DNA of 64,000 nt, from positions 192,001-256,000 of the forward strand of contig CAVPLM010000003.1 of assembly GCA_963706025.1 (NCBI GenBank), given 5' to 3'. Both the position numbers and the translations under genes were made by a program. This DNA is from an uncultured Actinomycetes bacterium (GTDB lineage Bacteria; Actinomycetota; Thermoleophilia; RBG-16-64-13). How positions within the stretch are numbered: the stretch's first letter is position 1; every line of letters starts with the position of its first letter. Under the pieces are notes generated by a model, which ran no database searches, was not told the DNA's origin, and saw only the letters and a program-made list of their open reading frames with translations. Below, in pieces: positions 11,557 to 21,851 of this stretch.

Positions 11557-11901
11557 CTACCTAGCCTCGGTCTCGTCGAACCCAGGCCGAGGCTGTTCGT
11601 GTCCGCGTCTGTCGGGCTCCGAGCAGATCACCCCACCTACTCCGAAGCGGTTTCGCATCCTGCGCTTCGCGTAGTTGATCATGTGCCCACCATGGAGAAT
11701 GGTGTGCAGGGCGGTGAGCACGACCATGCTCCAACCCATCAGTCCGTGTAGATCGTCGCCCAAACCGAAGAACTCGGCCTCGTCACTGCCCAATGCGGTG
11801 AGGATGGAGAGAACCACGGCAAGCAGCAGGAGCAGGCTCACGACGAAACTCGCGTCCTGACGGATCGTTCTGGCCGTTCTTGGTGATCTTCTCTCGCGCA
11901 T
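11557..11901 (-). CDS. Small membrane protein, DUF4405/cytochrome b-like
   Basis: Two TM helices with LH..MG....LH..LH His pattern; GGAGGAG RBS. Confidence 0.6.
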   Translation of the reverse strand: MRERRSPRTARTIRQDASFVVSLLLLLAVVLSILTALGSDEAEFFGLGDDLHGLMGWSMVVLTALHTILHGGHMINYAKRRMRNRFGVGGVICSEPDRRGHEQPRPGFDETEAR

Positions 11902-11972
11902 CAGGTCTCCTCCGGCACTGCCGTCCTGCATGGGGCCGCTCCGACGGGATCGAAGAGGCCTTCTTCACAGTG

Positions 11973-12006
11973 ATTATGCCGACAGGCACCTTAAGAGCGG
12001 ATTAAG
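11973..12006 (-). promoter_or_regulatory. OmpR-family operator (TTAAG-N6-TTAAG) plus -10 (CATAAT)
   Basis: 11-bp-phased direct repeat at 11991 and 12002 upstream of the 11901 gene, beside an OmpR-type RR/HK pair. Confidence 0.6.
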
Positions 12007-12013
12007 GCGAGAT

Positions 12014-13204
12014 TCAGCCACCGAACGCCACGCTGAACGTGCTGCCCTTTCCCACCTTACTTTCCACATGGACGGTCCAACCATGGGCCTCGACGATGCG
12101 GGCCACTATTGCCAGGCCCAGACCAGACCCTTCCTCGCCGCGGGCGGATTCCGCCCGGTAGAAACGATCGAACACGTAAGGAAGCGCCTCCGGTGAGATC
12201 CCCACCCCGGTGTCACTCACGGAGAGACCATCGGACGAGAGACGGAGTACGATCTTCCCTCCCGGGGGCGTGAACTTCAGAGCGTTCGTCAAGAGATTGT
12301 CGATGAGTTGCCTCACTAGTCCCTCGTCGCAGTCTACGATCAATCCCTCGGCAAGCGTGCTGGTGAGCTCGATCCCAGCTTCGCCGGCCGCCGGCTGATG
12401 CTGTTCCACCTCACTCGCCACGAGAGCCGACATGTCCGTCGGCGTCGGCGAAAGAGCCAGCTCGTCTAGTTCAGCCAATTGTAGAAGGCGCTCGATAAGA
12501 CGCGAGCCCTGCTTCAGTTCGTTCTTGGCTACCTGGATCTCGCGCTCGTGGTCTCCGCTCTTCAGCGCAAGGTCGAGCGAGGAGCCGACCGTGGCCAGGG
12601 GAGTGCGCAGTTCGTGGCTCGCATCATGGGTGAACTGACGGAGGCGGACAAACATCGCTTCCGCCGGAGCCAGGCTTCGTTTGGCGAAGAGCAGCCCGAA
12701 AACGAAGGTGAGCGACGTCACCACGATGGCCACGATGCCGAACAGCATCGCCTCACCGGGCAATTCATGGACGTCTATGCGTTCCGGCCGCGCTACCTGC
12801 AGATAAGTCGCCGCTTCCCCTGCGCCGCCCAGAGGGACCTCGTATACACGGTAATAGCTCCCCGACCCTTTCACAGTAAGGAACCGGGCCGTCGTCCCTG
12901 CTTGCATCGGGACCGACAAGCGCCCAAATAGGTCGCTCGCGAAGATCACCTCCCCTTGGCCCGAGAACACGCGGACGGCGGCGTCATGGAGGGTTGCGGC
13001 GGCCTCTGGGATGGCGGCGGCGTCCTCAGACGCCTCTGCGAGCTTGGTCTCAAACTGGACTGCGTCGGTCCGTAGCTGATCGTTTGTCGACCGGTGCGTG
13101 CCGAAGTACTGTACGCCTATGAACGCGCCCCCCACCAGCAGCATCAGAGCGAACACCAGCCCGGTGAACTGGAGGGCGATCCTGTAGCGGAGGCGGCGGA
13201 ACAT
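12014..13204 (-). CDS. Sensor histidine kinase
   Basis: Two TM segments, H-box DASHELRTPL, NLLTNALKF, DTGVG, GLGL. Confidence 0.93.
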   Translation of the reverse strand: MFRRLRYRIALQFTGLVFALMLLVGGAFIGVQYFGTHRSTNDQLRTDAVQFETKLAEASEDAAAIPEAAATLHDAAVRVFSGQGEVIFASDLFGRLSVPMQAGTTARFLTVKGSGSYYRVYEVPLGGAGEAATYLQVARPERIDVHELPGEAMLFGIVAIVVTSLTFVFGLLFAKRSLAPAEAMFVRLRQFTHDASHELRTPLATVGSSLDLALKSGDHEREIQVAKNELKQGSRLIERLLQLAELDELALSPTPTDMSALVASEVEQHQPAAGEAGIELTSTLAEGLIVDCDEGLVRQLIDNLLTNALKFTPPGGKIVLRLSSDGLSVSDTGVGISPEALPYVFDRFYRAESARGEEGSGLGLAIVARIVEAHGWTVHVESKVGKGSTFSVAFGG

Positions 13205-13209
13205 GGCCT

Positions 13210-13869
13210 CTAGGCGGGGACGAAGTAGCCCTTGCCGGGAACGGTACGAATAACGTCCTTGCCCAGCTTGCGACGTAGGTAGGCCACGTGTACATCGACC
13301 GTCTCCAGGGGGATCGACGCGCTGTGCTCTCCCCATACATGCGCGACTATGGTCGCCCTGTCTTGAGCCACACCCGCATGTCGCATGAGGTATTCCAGGA
13401 GTCCATACTCCTTGGGGGCCAGGTGCACGGCCTCACCGTCCTTGCGCACTTCGTGAGTATTGGTGTCGAGGGTGACCTGTCCCGCCTGAAGGAACGGATT
13501 GGATGCCGTACCCCGGCGCCTGAGGAGTGTGCGGACCCGGGCTGCCAATTCCTCCATATCAAAGGGCTTTACCTGGTAATCGTCGGCGCCGGCATCGAGC
13601 CCCTGGACGACGTCCCGCTTGGCGCCGCTCGCCGTAAGGATGAGTACCGGAGAGGCGTTCCCCGCGGTGCGGAGGCGGCGGCACACTTCCAGACCGTGTA
13701 GACCGGGCAGGTCGAGATCGAGGATGATACAGTCATGCTCCTGACGCAGCGCCCGGCGCAGCCCCTCGGCCCCATCGAAGCACACCGAGGCGGCATAGTG
13801 TTCCAGCTCGAGGTATCGCCGGATGTTGTTGGCCAGAGTCCGGTTGTCTTCGATTATGAGGATCTCCAT
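13210..13869 (-). CDS. OmpR-family response regulator
   Basis: IIED, ILDLDLP, GADDY.VKPF, VDVHVAYLRRKL, TVPGKGY. Confidence 0.95.
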   Translation of the reverse strand: MEILIIEDNRTLANNIRRYLELEHYAASVCFDGAEGLRRALRQEHDCIILDLDLPGLHGLEVCRRLRTAGNASPVLILTASGAKRDVVQGLDAGADDYQVKPFDMEELAARVRTLLRRRGTASNPFLQAGQVTLDTNTHEVRKDGEAVHLAPKEYGLLEYLMRHAGVAQDRATIVAHVWGEHSASIPLETVDVHVAYLRRKLGKDVIRTVPGKGYFVPA

Positions 13870-14071
13870 CTGGCCTCCCGATCTTTGCCCCAGGTCCGCT
13901 CAGAAGGCCAAGATACCCGAATCTCGCCCGCCGGTCAGCATCGAGCGTTATGTTACGCTCAAGTATAGTCATATGGGCACCTTCGACGACCCCTCAGTAC
14001 CCCGCGCGTCTGCGTCTTCGCTTGCCCTTAGGCGCCCGTCGCAGTCCGGCACGGAGCGTCTGCGGCTTCAC

Positions 14072-14122
14072 GCCCTCGAGATGACACCGGGCCCGCCGCG
14101 AAGCGGGCCCGGCATCGACTCA
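14072..14122 (-). terminator. Hairpin terminator of the NlpC/P60-golvesin gene
   Basis: ccgggcccgc-cgcgaa-gcgggcccgg just after the stop codon. Confidence 0.7.
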
Positions 14123-14147
14123 ATTCGCGCTGCGAAGCCGAGAAACG

Positions 14148-15176
14148 CTACTGCGCAGGCACGAACTTCACGGCATCGGCCACCACGTAGCCGTTGGCTC
14201 CGGTGGCAAAGATGCTGATGCTTCCCGTTCCGGTGCTGTAGCCGGCGCCGAAGTTGTAGCGGCCCAGCGAGTACCAGGTCCCTCCGTTCAGTCGCTGGTT
14301 GATGTAGCGATCGTATTGGCCGGCGGGAGTGTTGACGTGTACCAACGCTACCGAAGCCCGGTTGGAGCCGCTTGTCCAGCGTAAGTAGATGGTGTACGAG
14401 CCGGACGAAGGGAATCGGGGCGTCCAGCGGGCCCAACTGGTGCTGGTGGTGGCAGCCTGCACCTGGTAGTCGTCACCGTAGTACCCGGAGACGCTGGTGC
14501 TGCGTGTCCAGTTGCCGCTCAGGTCCTCCCCACCGGTGCTCTTGGCGGTCGGATTGTCAAGAATGATCCCGGATGTCACCACGGAGTCCCGCCGGCGGGG
14601 TTCGTACTCGCTGCCCAGGTAGCGGCTCACCCTGCGCACGGTCAGGCCGCTGCCGGGAGCCTCGTAGATGATGGGCGAGTTCCAGGTGTCGCCACCGGCA
14701 TAGATGACCACGTGTCCGGAGACGCCGTTGTTCTTGACTAGTACGTCGCCCTCGCGCAGGAGCGAGCGGTCGCTCAGTGCGGACCAGGGTCCCAGGCAGT
14801 TGAAGAAATCGTAGCTGGTGTAGCGGGGGTAGATAGAAGTGTTCTCTCCATCCTCCTCCTGGTAGAGGAGTGTCCGAGGCACTTCCCAACACTTAAGGGT
14901 ATATCCGGAACAGTCGGGTCCGGGGCCGCCGCCCAGGTTGGGAGTCCAGCTCTCCCGGCCCCAACTGTAAAGGGCGCCGATGCCCGACTCCGCCCGGGCG
15001 ATGATCTCAGCCCGAGTCACGCTGGGGATGCCGGCGCGCGCGTCCGATGGCGCAGGACCGAAAAGCAGGCCGACAGCGGCCAGCGCCAGCATGAGGCCGC
15101 CGGCCAGGGCCGCGTGGCGGGAGCCAGTGGAGGTTGGGATGCGGTAACCGGCGCGAGTGTTCGGTCGACGTGTCAT
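14148..15176 (-). CDS. Secreted NlpC/P60-like cell-wall hydrolase with C-terminal golvesin/xanthan-lyase-type carbohydrate-binding domain
   Basis: Signal peptide; YSWG..DCSG and GD..GHV catalytic motifs; C-terminal IILDN..GNW..GYYGDDY..INQRLNGGTWYSLG.Y.F..ADAVKFV. Confidence 0.8.
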   Translation of the reverse strand: MTRRPNTRAGYRIPTSTGSRHAALAGGLMLALAAVGLLFGPAPSDARAGIPSVTRAEIIARAESGIGALYSWGRESWTPNLGGGPGPDCSGYTLKCWEVPRTLLYQEEDGENTSIYPRYTSYDFFNCLGPWSALSDRSLLREGDVLVKNNGVSGHVVIYAGGDTWNSPIIYEAPGSGLTVRRVSRYLGSEYEPRRRDSVVTSGIILDNPTAKSTGGEDLSGNWTRSTSVSGYYGDDYQVQAATTSTSWARWTPRFPSSGSYTIYLRWTSGSNRASVALVHVNTPAGQYDRYINQRLNGGTWYSLGRYNFGAGYSTGTGSISIFATGANGYVVADAVKFVPAQ

Positions 15177-16582
15177 GGCTGCCTCGCTTCGGCTTCGGCG
15201 AAGGAATGAACCAGGATGCTGTAGCCGCCTTCGCTTCCCCAGGGCTGGAAGACGCGGCCGTCCGGGGCCACCACGTAGGGCTGACCCAGGTAGACGAACG
15301 GTGAATCGGTGAGCCAGAGAGTGTCGGGAGTCGCTCCGGTGGATCCGGCGCCGGCCCCGGCGCTCGCACCGTCGGCCGGCCCGACTCTGCTCCGCCCACC
15401 GCTTATGACCGGGCCCTCACCCTCGGTCGAGGCCAACCGGGTGAGCACGAGTGACGCCTTGCGGTTACCCGATACCTCGGGCTTGAGCAGACGCGCGCCG
15501 ACGATCACTCCGCCGTTTCCGTCGCCATCCACCGACACCAAGTGCTCGACTTTGCGACCACCGGCCAGGACAGGGCTCGAATCGCCTGTCTGTGCCGCCT
15601 TCAAGGTGGTGGTGTCGAGGTCGAAGAACTTGACCCGGGCATTCCGGCCCGGCTTGAAGGTGACCTGAGCCACACGGCCAAGGCTCCGGTCCATCGGCCG
15701 CCCGGCGACAATGCGGGCAGTCGCCCGGCCCGGTTCGGGCTGCCGGGCCGCCGAGGCGACACCGCCTTGGACGTAGACCCCAGCGTGGGCCAGCAAGAGT
15801 ACCGTCTCGTGCGAGACTTCCAGACACGGACCCTGGTCGGTCGCGAATAGACCGGTCACCACGTCGTTCAACTCCGGGAGAGGCACGGCGCCAAGGTGTG
15901 TCCCCCGCCAGTCGAAGGTGACAAGGCTCCGGTCGGAGTCGCAGTCGAGCACGTACAGCCGATCGTCGTCCACCGCCAAAAACCGTGGAGCTGCAAGCGG
16001 GATGGGCGCCGAGCCGGCCGGCTCTCCGGTCGGGCCTAGGAACAGCAGCCTGCCGTTGACCGAATCGAGCACCGCGATACGTCCGTCGGGCGCTACGGCC
16101 AGTGCCTCCGGACCTCGGGCCAGACCTTCACCTGGTTCCAGGAGGCCGACCTCACCGGGATTGCTTCCCCAGGGCAAGGTGACCAGCAGATCGCCGCTCG
16201 CTGGGAGGCCGGTCACAGAGTCGGTGGCCATGATTTCATCGGCCGCTGTGGTGAGCTGCGCGTCGACTGCTGAAGGTTCGGACGGCGACATGATCGCCGC
16301 CTCCTGGGCGGCGACATTCACCGAGGGCTGTCCTGCCCCCAGGACAAACCCGGGCGTCGCGAGCGCGTACGCCGCGAGCGCGCACAGGCCTGCGCCTGCT
16401 GCCCACGCTATCAGCGTTGCCGGGCGCGGGCTCCTGCACAGGCCTATCCACCGTTCCCGTCGCAGACGAGGCGATGGTGCTCCCGGCACGCGGTCGCCGG
16501 GAGTGGCGCCGCCACTGGGAGGGGCGCCGCCCCTCGGACGGGCGCCGCCACCAGGACGGCGCTTCAGGGTTATTCGGACCAT
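15173..16582 (-). CDS. Membrane-anchored hypothetical protein, probable beta-propeller (NHL-like)
   Basis: One TM segment; LPWGS..GP.ALAVAPDGRIAVLDSVNGR repeats; overlaps the start of the downstream gene; GGAGGAG RBS. Confidence 0.6.
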   Translation of the reverse strand: MVRITLKRRPGGGARPRGGAPPSGGATPGDRVPGAPSPRLRRERWIGLCRSPRPATLIAWAAGAGLCALAAYALATPGFVLGAGQPSVNVAAQEAAIMSPSEPSAVDAQLTTAADEIMATDSVTGLPASGDLLVTLPWGSNPGEVGLLEPGEGLARGPEALAVAPDGRIAVLDSVNGRLLFLGPTGEPAGSAPIPLAAPRFLAVDDDRLYVLDCDSDRSLVTFDWRGTHLGAVPLPELNDVVTGLFATDQGPCLEVSHETVLLLAHAGVYVQGGVASAARQPEPGRATARIVAGRPMDRSLGRVAQVTFKPGRNARVKFFDLDTTTLKAAQTGDSSPVLAGGRKVEHLVSVDGDGNGGVIVGARLLKPEVSGNRKASLVLTRLASTEGEGPVISGGRSRVGPADGASAGAGAGSTGATPDTLWLTDSPFVYLGQPYVVAPDGRVFQPWGSEGGYSILVHSFAEAEARQP

Positions 16583-16787
16583 GGTCTCCTCCTTTGCTTC
16601 GAGTGACATCGTGGTCCGAGGCTAAGTAGGGCCGCCAACGAGGGGCCATGAGACCAAGGGTCGGTGTTGGCGCGAGACGGTCGAACCCGCCGGTGCGGTA
16701 CACTGGGTCGCGGCGCGGTCACGTGCCGGCGGGCCGAGGTCGCCGGCGAAAGAGGTCCGTGCCTCGACAGATCCGCAGGGGGTCACC

Positions 16788-17564
16788 TTGATCGTTTTGT
16801 TCTTCGCCGACGTCGTGGGAAAGCCGGGCCGCGAGCTGCTCGCGGCGAGGATCGCCGACGTGCGCGCGCGCTTCCGGGCCGACGCGGTGATCGCGAACGG
16901 CGAGAACGCCACCGACGGCAAAGGCATCAGACCGGCTCATGCGGAAGATCTTCTCGGCGCGGGGGTGGACGTCATCACCACCGGCAACCATGTCTACAGG
17001 CAGCGGGAAGCCTATCGGTACCTCGACGAGCAACCGCGCATAGTCCGGCCCTTCAACTTCCTCGACTCGAATCCCGGCCGGGGCGTGACTGTGGTCGACA
17101 CGCCCGGCGGGCGGCTGGGCGTGGTCAACCTGAGCGGCGATCTCTACCTGTATCCGGCCCGCTCGCCGTTCGAGGTAGTGGACCAGGCTTTGGAAGAGCT
17201 ACACGGGGTGCGCAACGTCGTGGTCGATCTCCATGCCGAGGCGACCAGCGAGAAAGTGGCCATGGGCTGGTATCTGGACGGCCGCGTGAGCGCTGTGATC
17301 GGTACCCACACCCACGTCCGTACCGCCGATGCTCGAGTCCTGCCCGGGGGCACCGCCTATATCACCGACGCGGGGATGTGTGGTCCCCGGGATTCTGTTA
17401 TCGGCGTCAAGAAGGAACTCGTCCTCGAACGGTTCCTGACTCAGTTGCCGGTGCGTTTTGAAGTGGCCGACGGCGACGTGTGGCTGGAGGGCGTGGTCGT
17501 CGAGATCGGTGAAGATGGCCGCGCGCTCCGCATCGAGCCCTTCGAGGTCGGGGCCGACAGCTAG
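16788..17564 (+). CDS. ymdB: TIGR00282/YmdB-family metallophosphoesterase
   Basis: DVVGKPGR, NGEN, TTGNH, DLHAEATSEK, GTHTHV. Confidence 0.92.
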   Translation: MIVLFFADVVGKPGRELLAARIADVRARFRADAVIANGENATDGKGIRPAHAEDLLGAGVDVITTGNHVYRQREAYRYLDEQPRIVRPFNFLDSNPGRGVTVVDTPGGRLGVVNLSGDLYLYPARSPFEVVDQALEELHGVRNVVVDLHAEATSEKVAMGWYLDGRVSAVIGTHTHVRTADARVLPGGTAYITDAGMCGPRDSVIGVKKELVLERFLTQLPVRFEVADGDVWLEGVVVEIGEDGRALRIEPFEVGADS

Positions 17565-17628
17565 GCGGCCGACCCTCGCCGCCGGACCGTCGTCGTCGGC
17601 CCTCTTCGGCGTCGTTTGCGCGACCCGC

Positions 17629-18270
17629 CTAGTATGCGATGCAGAAACGCTGCCGGATGTGGCGCGGCTCCTCGAGCTCGTCGATCATGGCCACGGCGTA
17701 GTCCTCCACCGAAATGCGGCACTGGCCTTCGGCGTCCATCATCACCTGGTCGCCGCCCAACCGGAACTCCCCGGTGCGTTCCCCCGGAGCCAGCATCATG
17801 GCTGGGCTGAGGAAGGTCCAGTCGAGTTCCGGCTCCTCCCGCAGCAGGTAGAGGAACTCACGCGTGCCCAGCGCGCCGGCCTTCCACTCCTCTGGGAACC
17901 CCGGCTGGTCGATCACCTGCTGCCCGGGGGCGAGCTCCAGGCTGCCGGCTCCTCCCACCACCAGCAGGCGACCGATGCGCGCCTTCTTCGTGGCCGCGAT
18001 GATCGCCTTGGCTCCCGCGACCATGGCCTCGTATTTGTCGGCGGTATCCGCGTCGGGATTGTACGCGGCGATGACGGCGTCATGGCCCGCCAAGAGACGC
18101 GCCAACGCCTCTGCGCTCAGCGCGTCACCCTTGTTGGCCGTAAGGCCTATGTGCGCCGGTAGCCGCTCAGGCCGCCGCACGATGGCGGTGACCTCGTGGT
18201 TGCGACTCAGCGCCTCGTCTAAGATGCGCGAGCCTACGAAACCCGTGGCTCCTATCAAGGCGATCTTCAT
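17629..18270 (-). CDS. NAD(P)H-binding oxidoreductase (YwnB/BVR-B-like)
   Basis: MKIALIGATGFVG, VVGGAGSL, WTFLSP, ISVEDYAVAMIDELE. Confidence 0.9.
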   Translation of the reverse strand: MKIALIGATGFVGSRILDEALSRNHEVTAIVRRPERLPAHIGLTANKGDALSAEALARLLAGHDAVIAAYNPDADTADKYEAMVAGAKAIIAATKKARIGRLLVVGGAGSLELAPGQQVIDQPGFPEEWKAGALGTREFLYLLREEPELDWTFLSPAMMLAPGERTGEFRLGGDQVMMDAEGQCRISVEDYAVAMIDELEEPRHIRQRFCIAY

Positions 18271-18297
18271 CAGCCCTCCCTCCTTTTCACCGGTCTC

Positions 18298-19729
18298 TCA
18301 GATTCGGCCGCTCAGGTCCTGGAACACCAAGCCCGTCGGCAATTTGGGGTAGAAATACGTGGCCTTCTGGGGCATGCGCTCTCCACCGAGGGCGACCTCC
18401 CGGATCTGGTCTAATCCGGTGGGGTTGAGGAAGAACCCTGCCTGGAACTCGCCTGCTTCCAGACGGGCGAAGGCGTCGTCGGGATCCTTGAAGAAGGTCA
18501 CGTGCGCCTCCACGGTCCCCTCTCCGCCCGGGGTCGTGTTGCCGCCCGTGGCTGTGCGGCCGCCCGTAGCCGAGTGGCCGGGGGCGATGCCGAGCGTCTT
18601 CCCCAGGATCAGCGTGGACAGCACGGTGACGTCCAGAAGCTGGTAGGCGGTGCTGTGATCTGGGGCCGCCGCCCGCGCGGCCCCCGGGTCGGCGAGCCGG
18701 AGGCCGTAGGCGCCATCCAACGTGCGTCCCCACAGGCCGAACGCGCCTCGGGGATGGTCCCGGAGATAGGCTGCGATGGCCGCCTGAGCCGTCGGCAGCG
18801 CCGACGGCGCCACCGCCCGCCAGTGGTTCTACTGAGAACACGCCGGCAAGCGACTGAGGCAGGGCCGTCACTGCCTCCGGATCGAGGCCGGAGATCAGCC
18901 GATGGGTACCGTATATGGCCAATCCCGGGTCGGACATGTTGCCGAAATACGCGAGGACGTAGTCGGAGGCATGCAGCCCTTGCCCAAGACCGGGCGGAGC
19001 AGCAGCGGTCTGGGCGCCCGGCGCGCTGTCGGTATCGGGCGCGCGGAGTGTCTTGTAGCGGAGGGCAGTCTCGTAGCGATGATGGCCGTCGGCGATGAAG
19101 AAACGCGTTGCCCCTAGATTCTTGCGTATGGCCTCCAGCAGGCCGGGGTCTGAAGTGGGCCACAGCTTCGTGACCGTGCCTTCCTCATCAGTCACCGTCG
19201 CGACCGGGGCCTGCGTACCCATGGCGCTCTTCCACGCCGCGGTGATCTCATCGCCGGGCAGATCGTAAAGAAGGAAGACGGGGCTGAGGCCCATCGCGGT
19301 CGCGGTCAGCAATCTGTAGCGGTCCTCCTTGGGTCCCGAGAATGTCTGTTCGTGTGGGAAGACCACTCCCTCGTCCAACCCGAAGAGCCGCATGAGGGCC
19401 AAGAAGCCGTGTCGGATCCTGAGGCGGCCGTCGGGGCCCGTGAAGCTCTCTTCCACGAAGGTGACGGAGGGTTCCGCATCCCGGACCAGGATGCCGCTCT
19501 CTTTCCAGCGCGCCAGCTGGTCGGCGGCACGAGTGTACTGGTTGTCGCACTCACTATCGCTGGGCATGGTCATGCCCAGGTCCACTCGGACGACGTTGTG
19601 CCGGCTGCGGTCGTAGAGGCGGGACCGGAGTTCCGGACCGATGACATCGTACGGCGGCGCCACCACCTGGGACAACTCGCCGGCTGAGGGAGCATAGCGC
19701 CACGCGCGAAACGGGATCACGGTCTCCAA
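18298..19729 (-). CDS. DUF1015 family protein (frameshift near 18815)
   Basis: PFRAWRY, APPYDVI, PHEQT, IADGHHRYETA; C-terminal MPQKATYFYPKLPTGLV is in another frame. Confidence 0.88.
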
Positions 19730-19945
19730 GCATGCCTCCACAGGTCCGGGGATAGGTGATATGCGGCCCCCGAATGATATCACCGGCCATGGAGTGTACC
19801 GTAGAGGGGCCTCAGGTCGACCCACCCGTTGCCTGCAGGCGTGCAAATCGTTACATTGGGAATAGACAAAAGTACATTCGGTTCAGTGCCGGAAACGGGC
19901 GATCGTCAGGTCTCTCGCCCGGCCTACGAGGGAGAAGGTGCGCTG

Positions 19946-20359
19946 ATGGGTCTGATGGACAAATTGGCCGAGGGTGCTGAACGGGCTGCCAAGGAAGCGG
20001 AAAAGGCATTCGACAAGGGCAAGACCAAGGTCGGTGAGCTACAGGTCGAGATGCAGATGGACGGATTGGCCAAGAAGCTTGGCTACTTGGTTTTCGATTT
20101 CTACCGAGGGCGCCAAGTGGACCAGGCGCTGCGGCAGAAGATCCTTGACGATCTGTCCCGTCTTGAGGATCAACTACTCCGAGCTCGGGCCGAGGCTGCG
20201 GCCAAGGCCCAGCCCGAGGCGGCCGCCGGCGCCGCGGCTGCCGATCCGACCTCGAACCCGGTGGACGTCGAAGCCGACGGCCCGGCTGCCGCGACCGCTG
20301 AAGCGGCCTCGGTGGACGATCCGTCCCCGGTCGCCGGCGACTCGCCACCGATCTCGTGA
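19946..20359 (+). CDS. Hypothetical protein (coiled-coil, Ala-rich tail)
   Basis: MGLMDKLAEGAERAAKEAEKAFDKGK; RBS and coding-like composition. Confidence 0.7.
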   Translation: MGLMDKLAEGAERAAKEAEKAFDKGKTKVGELQVEMQMDGLAKKLGYLVFDFYRGRQVDQALRQKILDDLSRLEDQLLRARAEAAAKAQPEAAAGAAAADPTSNPVDVEADGPAAATAEAASVDDPSPVAGDSPPIS

Positions 20360-20371
20360 AGGGATGATTCT

Positions 20372-20941
20372 ATGACCGATGAGATCCACGAACTCAGCGA
20401 GGTGGAGCTGGCCAGATTGATGGCCGGCGACCCGCGCGTCCTTTCCCGCTTGGCGGCGGGCGAGCGCATTCGCGCGAAGACTCCCTTCCGATACCCGGGG
20501 CGGCGAGGACCCGTGGTGGTGTATCTGACCCCTGAACCTGGGGACGCGCCGCCCGCGGCGAGCACCGCCGGGCAGCCGGACGCCGCGGTGGGGGGAGGCT
20601 CGGTCTCCGCCCCCGGCGTCACCGCCGCTTCGCGGCCGGTGCGTATCTCCGACGGGGGAGACCTCATCAAGAGCCTCGACGAGCAGGGCATGGACCTCTC
20701 GGTCGACATGATTCTGAGCAAAACCGTCTTTCACGCCGCCAAGCAGATGGAAGGCGGGACCGTCGCCAACGGTCAGATCTGTTTGGATTCCACCGTCGGC
20801 AGGGTGGCCGTTGATCTCTGGCGGTTCCTGCAGTTGGTGGCCGAGATCATCGGTCTGCGCCATTCCAAGTACAAGGATGCCCTGCTGCGGCTCTCCCGGC
20901 GCCAAGACGCACCCGATCTGCTCCACTGGGACGGCCAGTAG
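20372..20941 (+). CDS. Hypothetical protein (weak DUF1828-like pattern)
   Basis: TPF.YP..GPVVVYL and VRISDGG motifs; co-oriented with the upstream gene. Confidence 0.6.
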   Translation: MTDEIHELSEVELARLMAGDPRVLSRLAAGERIRAKTPFRYPGRRGPVVVYLTPEPGDAPPAASTAGQPDAAVGGGSVSAPGVTAASRPVRISDGGDLIKSLDEQGMDLSVDMILSKTVFHAAKQMEGGTVANGQICLDSTVGRVAVDLWRFLQLVAEIIGLRHSKYKDALLRLSRRQDAPDLLHWDGQ

Positions 20942-21015
20942 CTCGACGACCCGGGACTAGCCCGACAGCGGACACGGGACACCGCGGCTCGCGCGATCCT
21001 CCGCGAACCGGGGGA

Positions 21016-21411
21016 TCAGGCCACGGTCGTATAGGTCTCGAAGACCGGCGGGTGGTCGAGGTGACGCTTGACCGTGCACTGCTCGGCCGCCCGGACGATG
21101 GCATCGCGGTATTTCTCCGGAAAACCCGCGGGAAGTCGGATCTCGATGGAGATCTTGCTGATCAGTCCCGCCTCGCGGTCGCTCTCAGTGCGCAGAGTTA
21201 TCCCGGCCCCTTCGGTCGACAGGCCGCGTTGCTGCATGAACGTGAGCACGAAGATGCCTGCGCACGTACCGATGGAGGTCAAGAAAAGATCGAAAGGGGC
21301 GGGCGCGGTCCCCTCGCCGCCTGCATGCTCCGACTGGTCGGTCTCGATCACGAAGCCCTTGTAACGGGCGTGAACCTTCTTGTTGCCGGGGAAGTAGACC
21401 TCCATGTCCAT
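21016..21411 (-). CDS. OsmC-family protein
   Basis: TDQ..GGEGTAPAPFDLFLTSIGTCAG..CTVKRHL. Confidence 0.9.
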   Translation of the reverse strand: MDMEVYFPGNKKVHARYKGFVIETDQSEHAGGEGTAPAPFDLFLTSIGTCAGIFVLTFMQQRGLSTEGAGITLRTESDREAGLISKISIEIRLPAGFPEKYRDAIVRAAEQCTVKRHLDHPPVFETYTTVA

Positions 21412-21524
21412 CAGGATCTCCTTGGGGAGAGTTTGGCACCCGACAGCATAGCGTACGAAGTGGCAGGGTAGACCCCGTCGGAGGTGATCCGCGATGAAAG
21501 GCGGTCAGGGAGTATCAGTGGCGA

Positions 21525-21851
21525 TCAGAAGCTGGCGGGTTCAATACGCTCGGAACGGGCGCGCCTTATCAGGTCGAGATCCCCGCGGCTCGGACCTATC
21601 AGGTCCGGTTCCGGGAGTGTCTCCAATTCGGCAAGCGCCTCCAGCACGCAGGCGAATCCCTCTTCGACGGCCAGGGAAACATAGATCACCTCGGGGCGAT
21701 CGAGGACGGCCATCTGCTCGAAGCCGCAATCCGGACACCAAAGACGGAGTCTCCAGCGGGACTCGTCTTCCCGTTCCCAGTCTGCGGCCTGGACAAGAGG
21801 TGAGGCACACGATCGGCAGAAGATCCGAGGAATGGGATTGCGGGACGTCAT
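21525..21851 (-). CDS. Hypothetical Zn-ribbon protein
   Basis: CRSC..LVQ..W....W.LRLWCPDC and C-terminal IEPASF; recalls a family seen in Thermoleophilia (from memory). Confidence 0.65.
   Translation of the reverse strand: MTSRNPIPRIFCRSCASPLVQAADWEREDESRWRLRLWCPDCGFEQMAVLDRPEVIYVSLAVEEGFACVLEALAELETLPEPDLIGPSRGDLDLIRRARSERIEPASF

Noticed and set aside
8144-14122. REP/BIME-type palindromic repeat family
   Set aside because: Similarity extends into the coding 3' end of a specific gene and a shared arm, so it is better explained as a duplicated gene end plus terminator.
16590-16787. c-di-AMP (ydaO) riboswitch before the cell-wall hydrolase operon
   Set aside because: Only a generic GC hairpin; the conserved ydaO motifs are not found on either strand.
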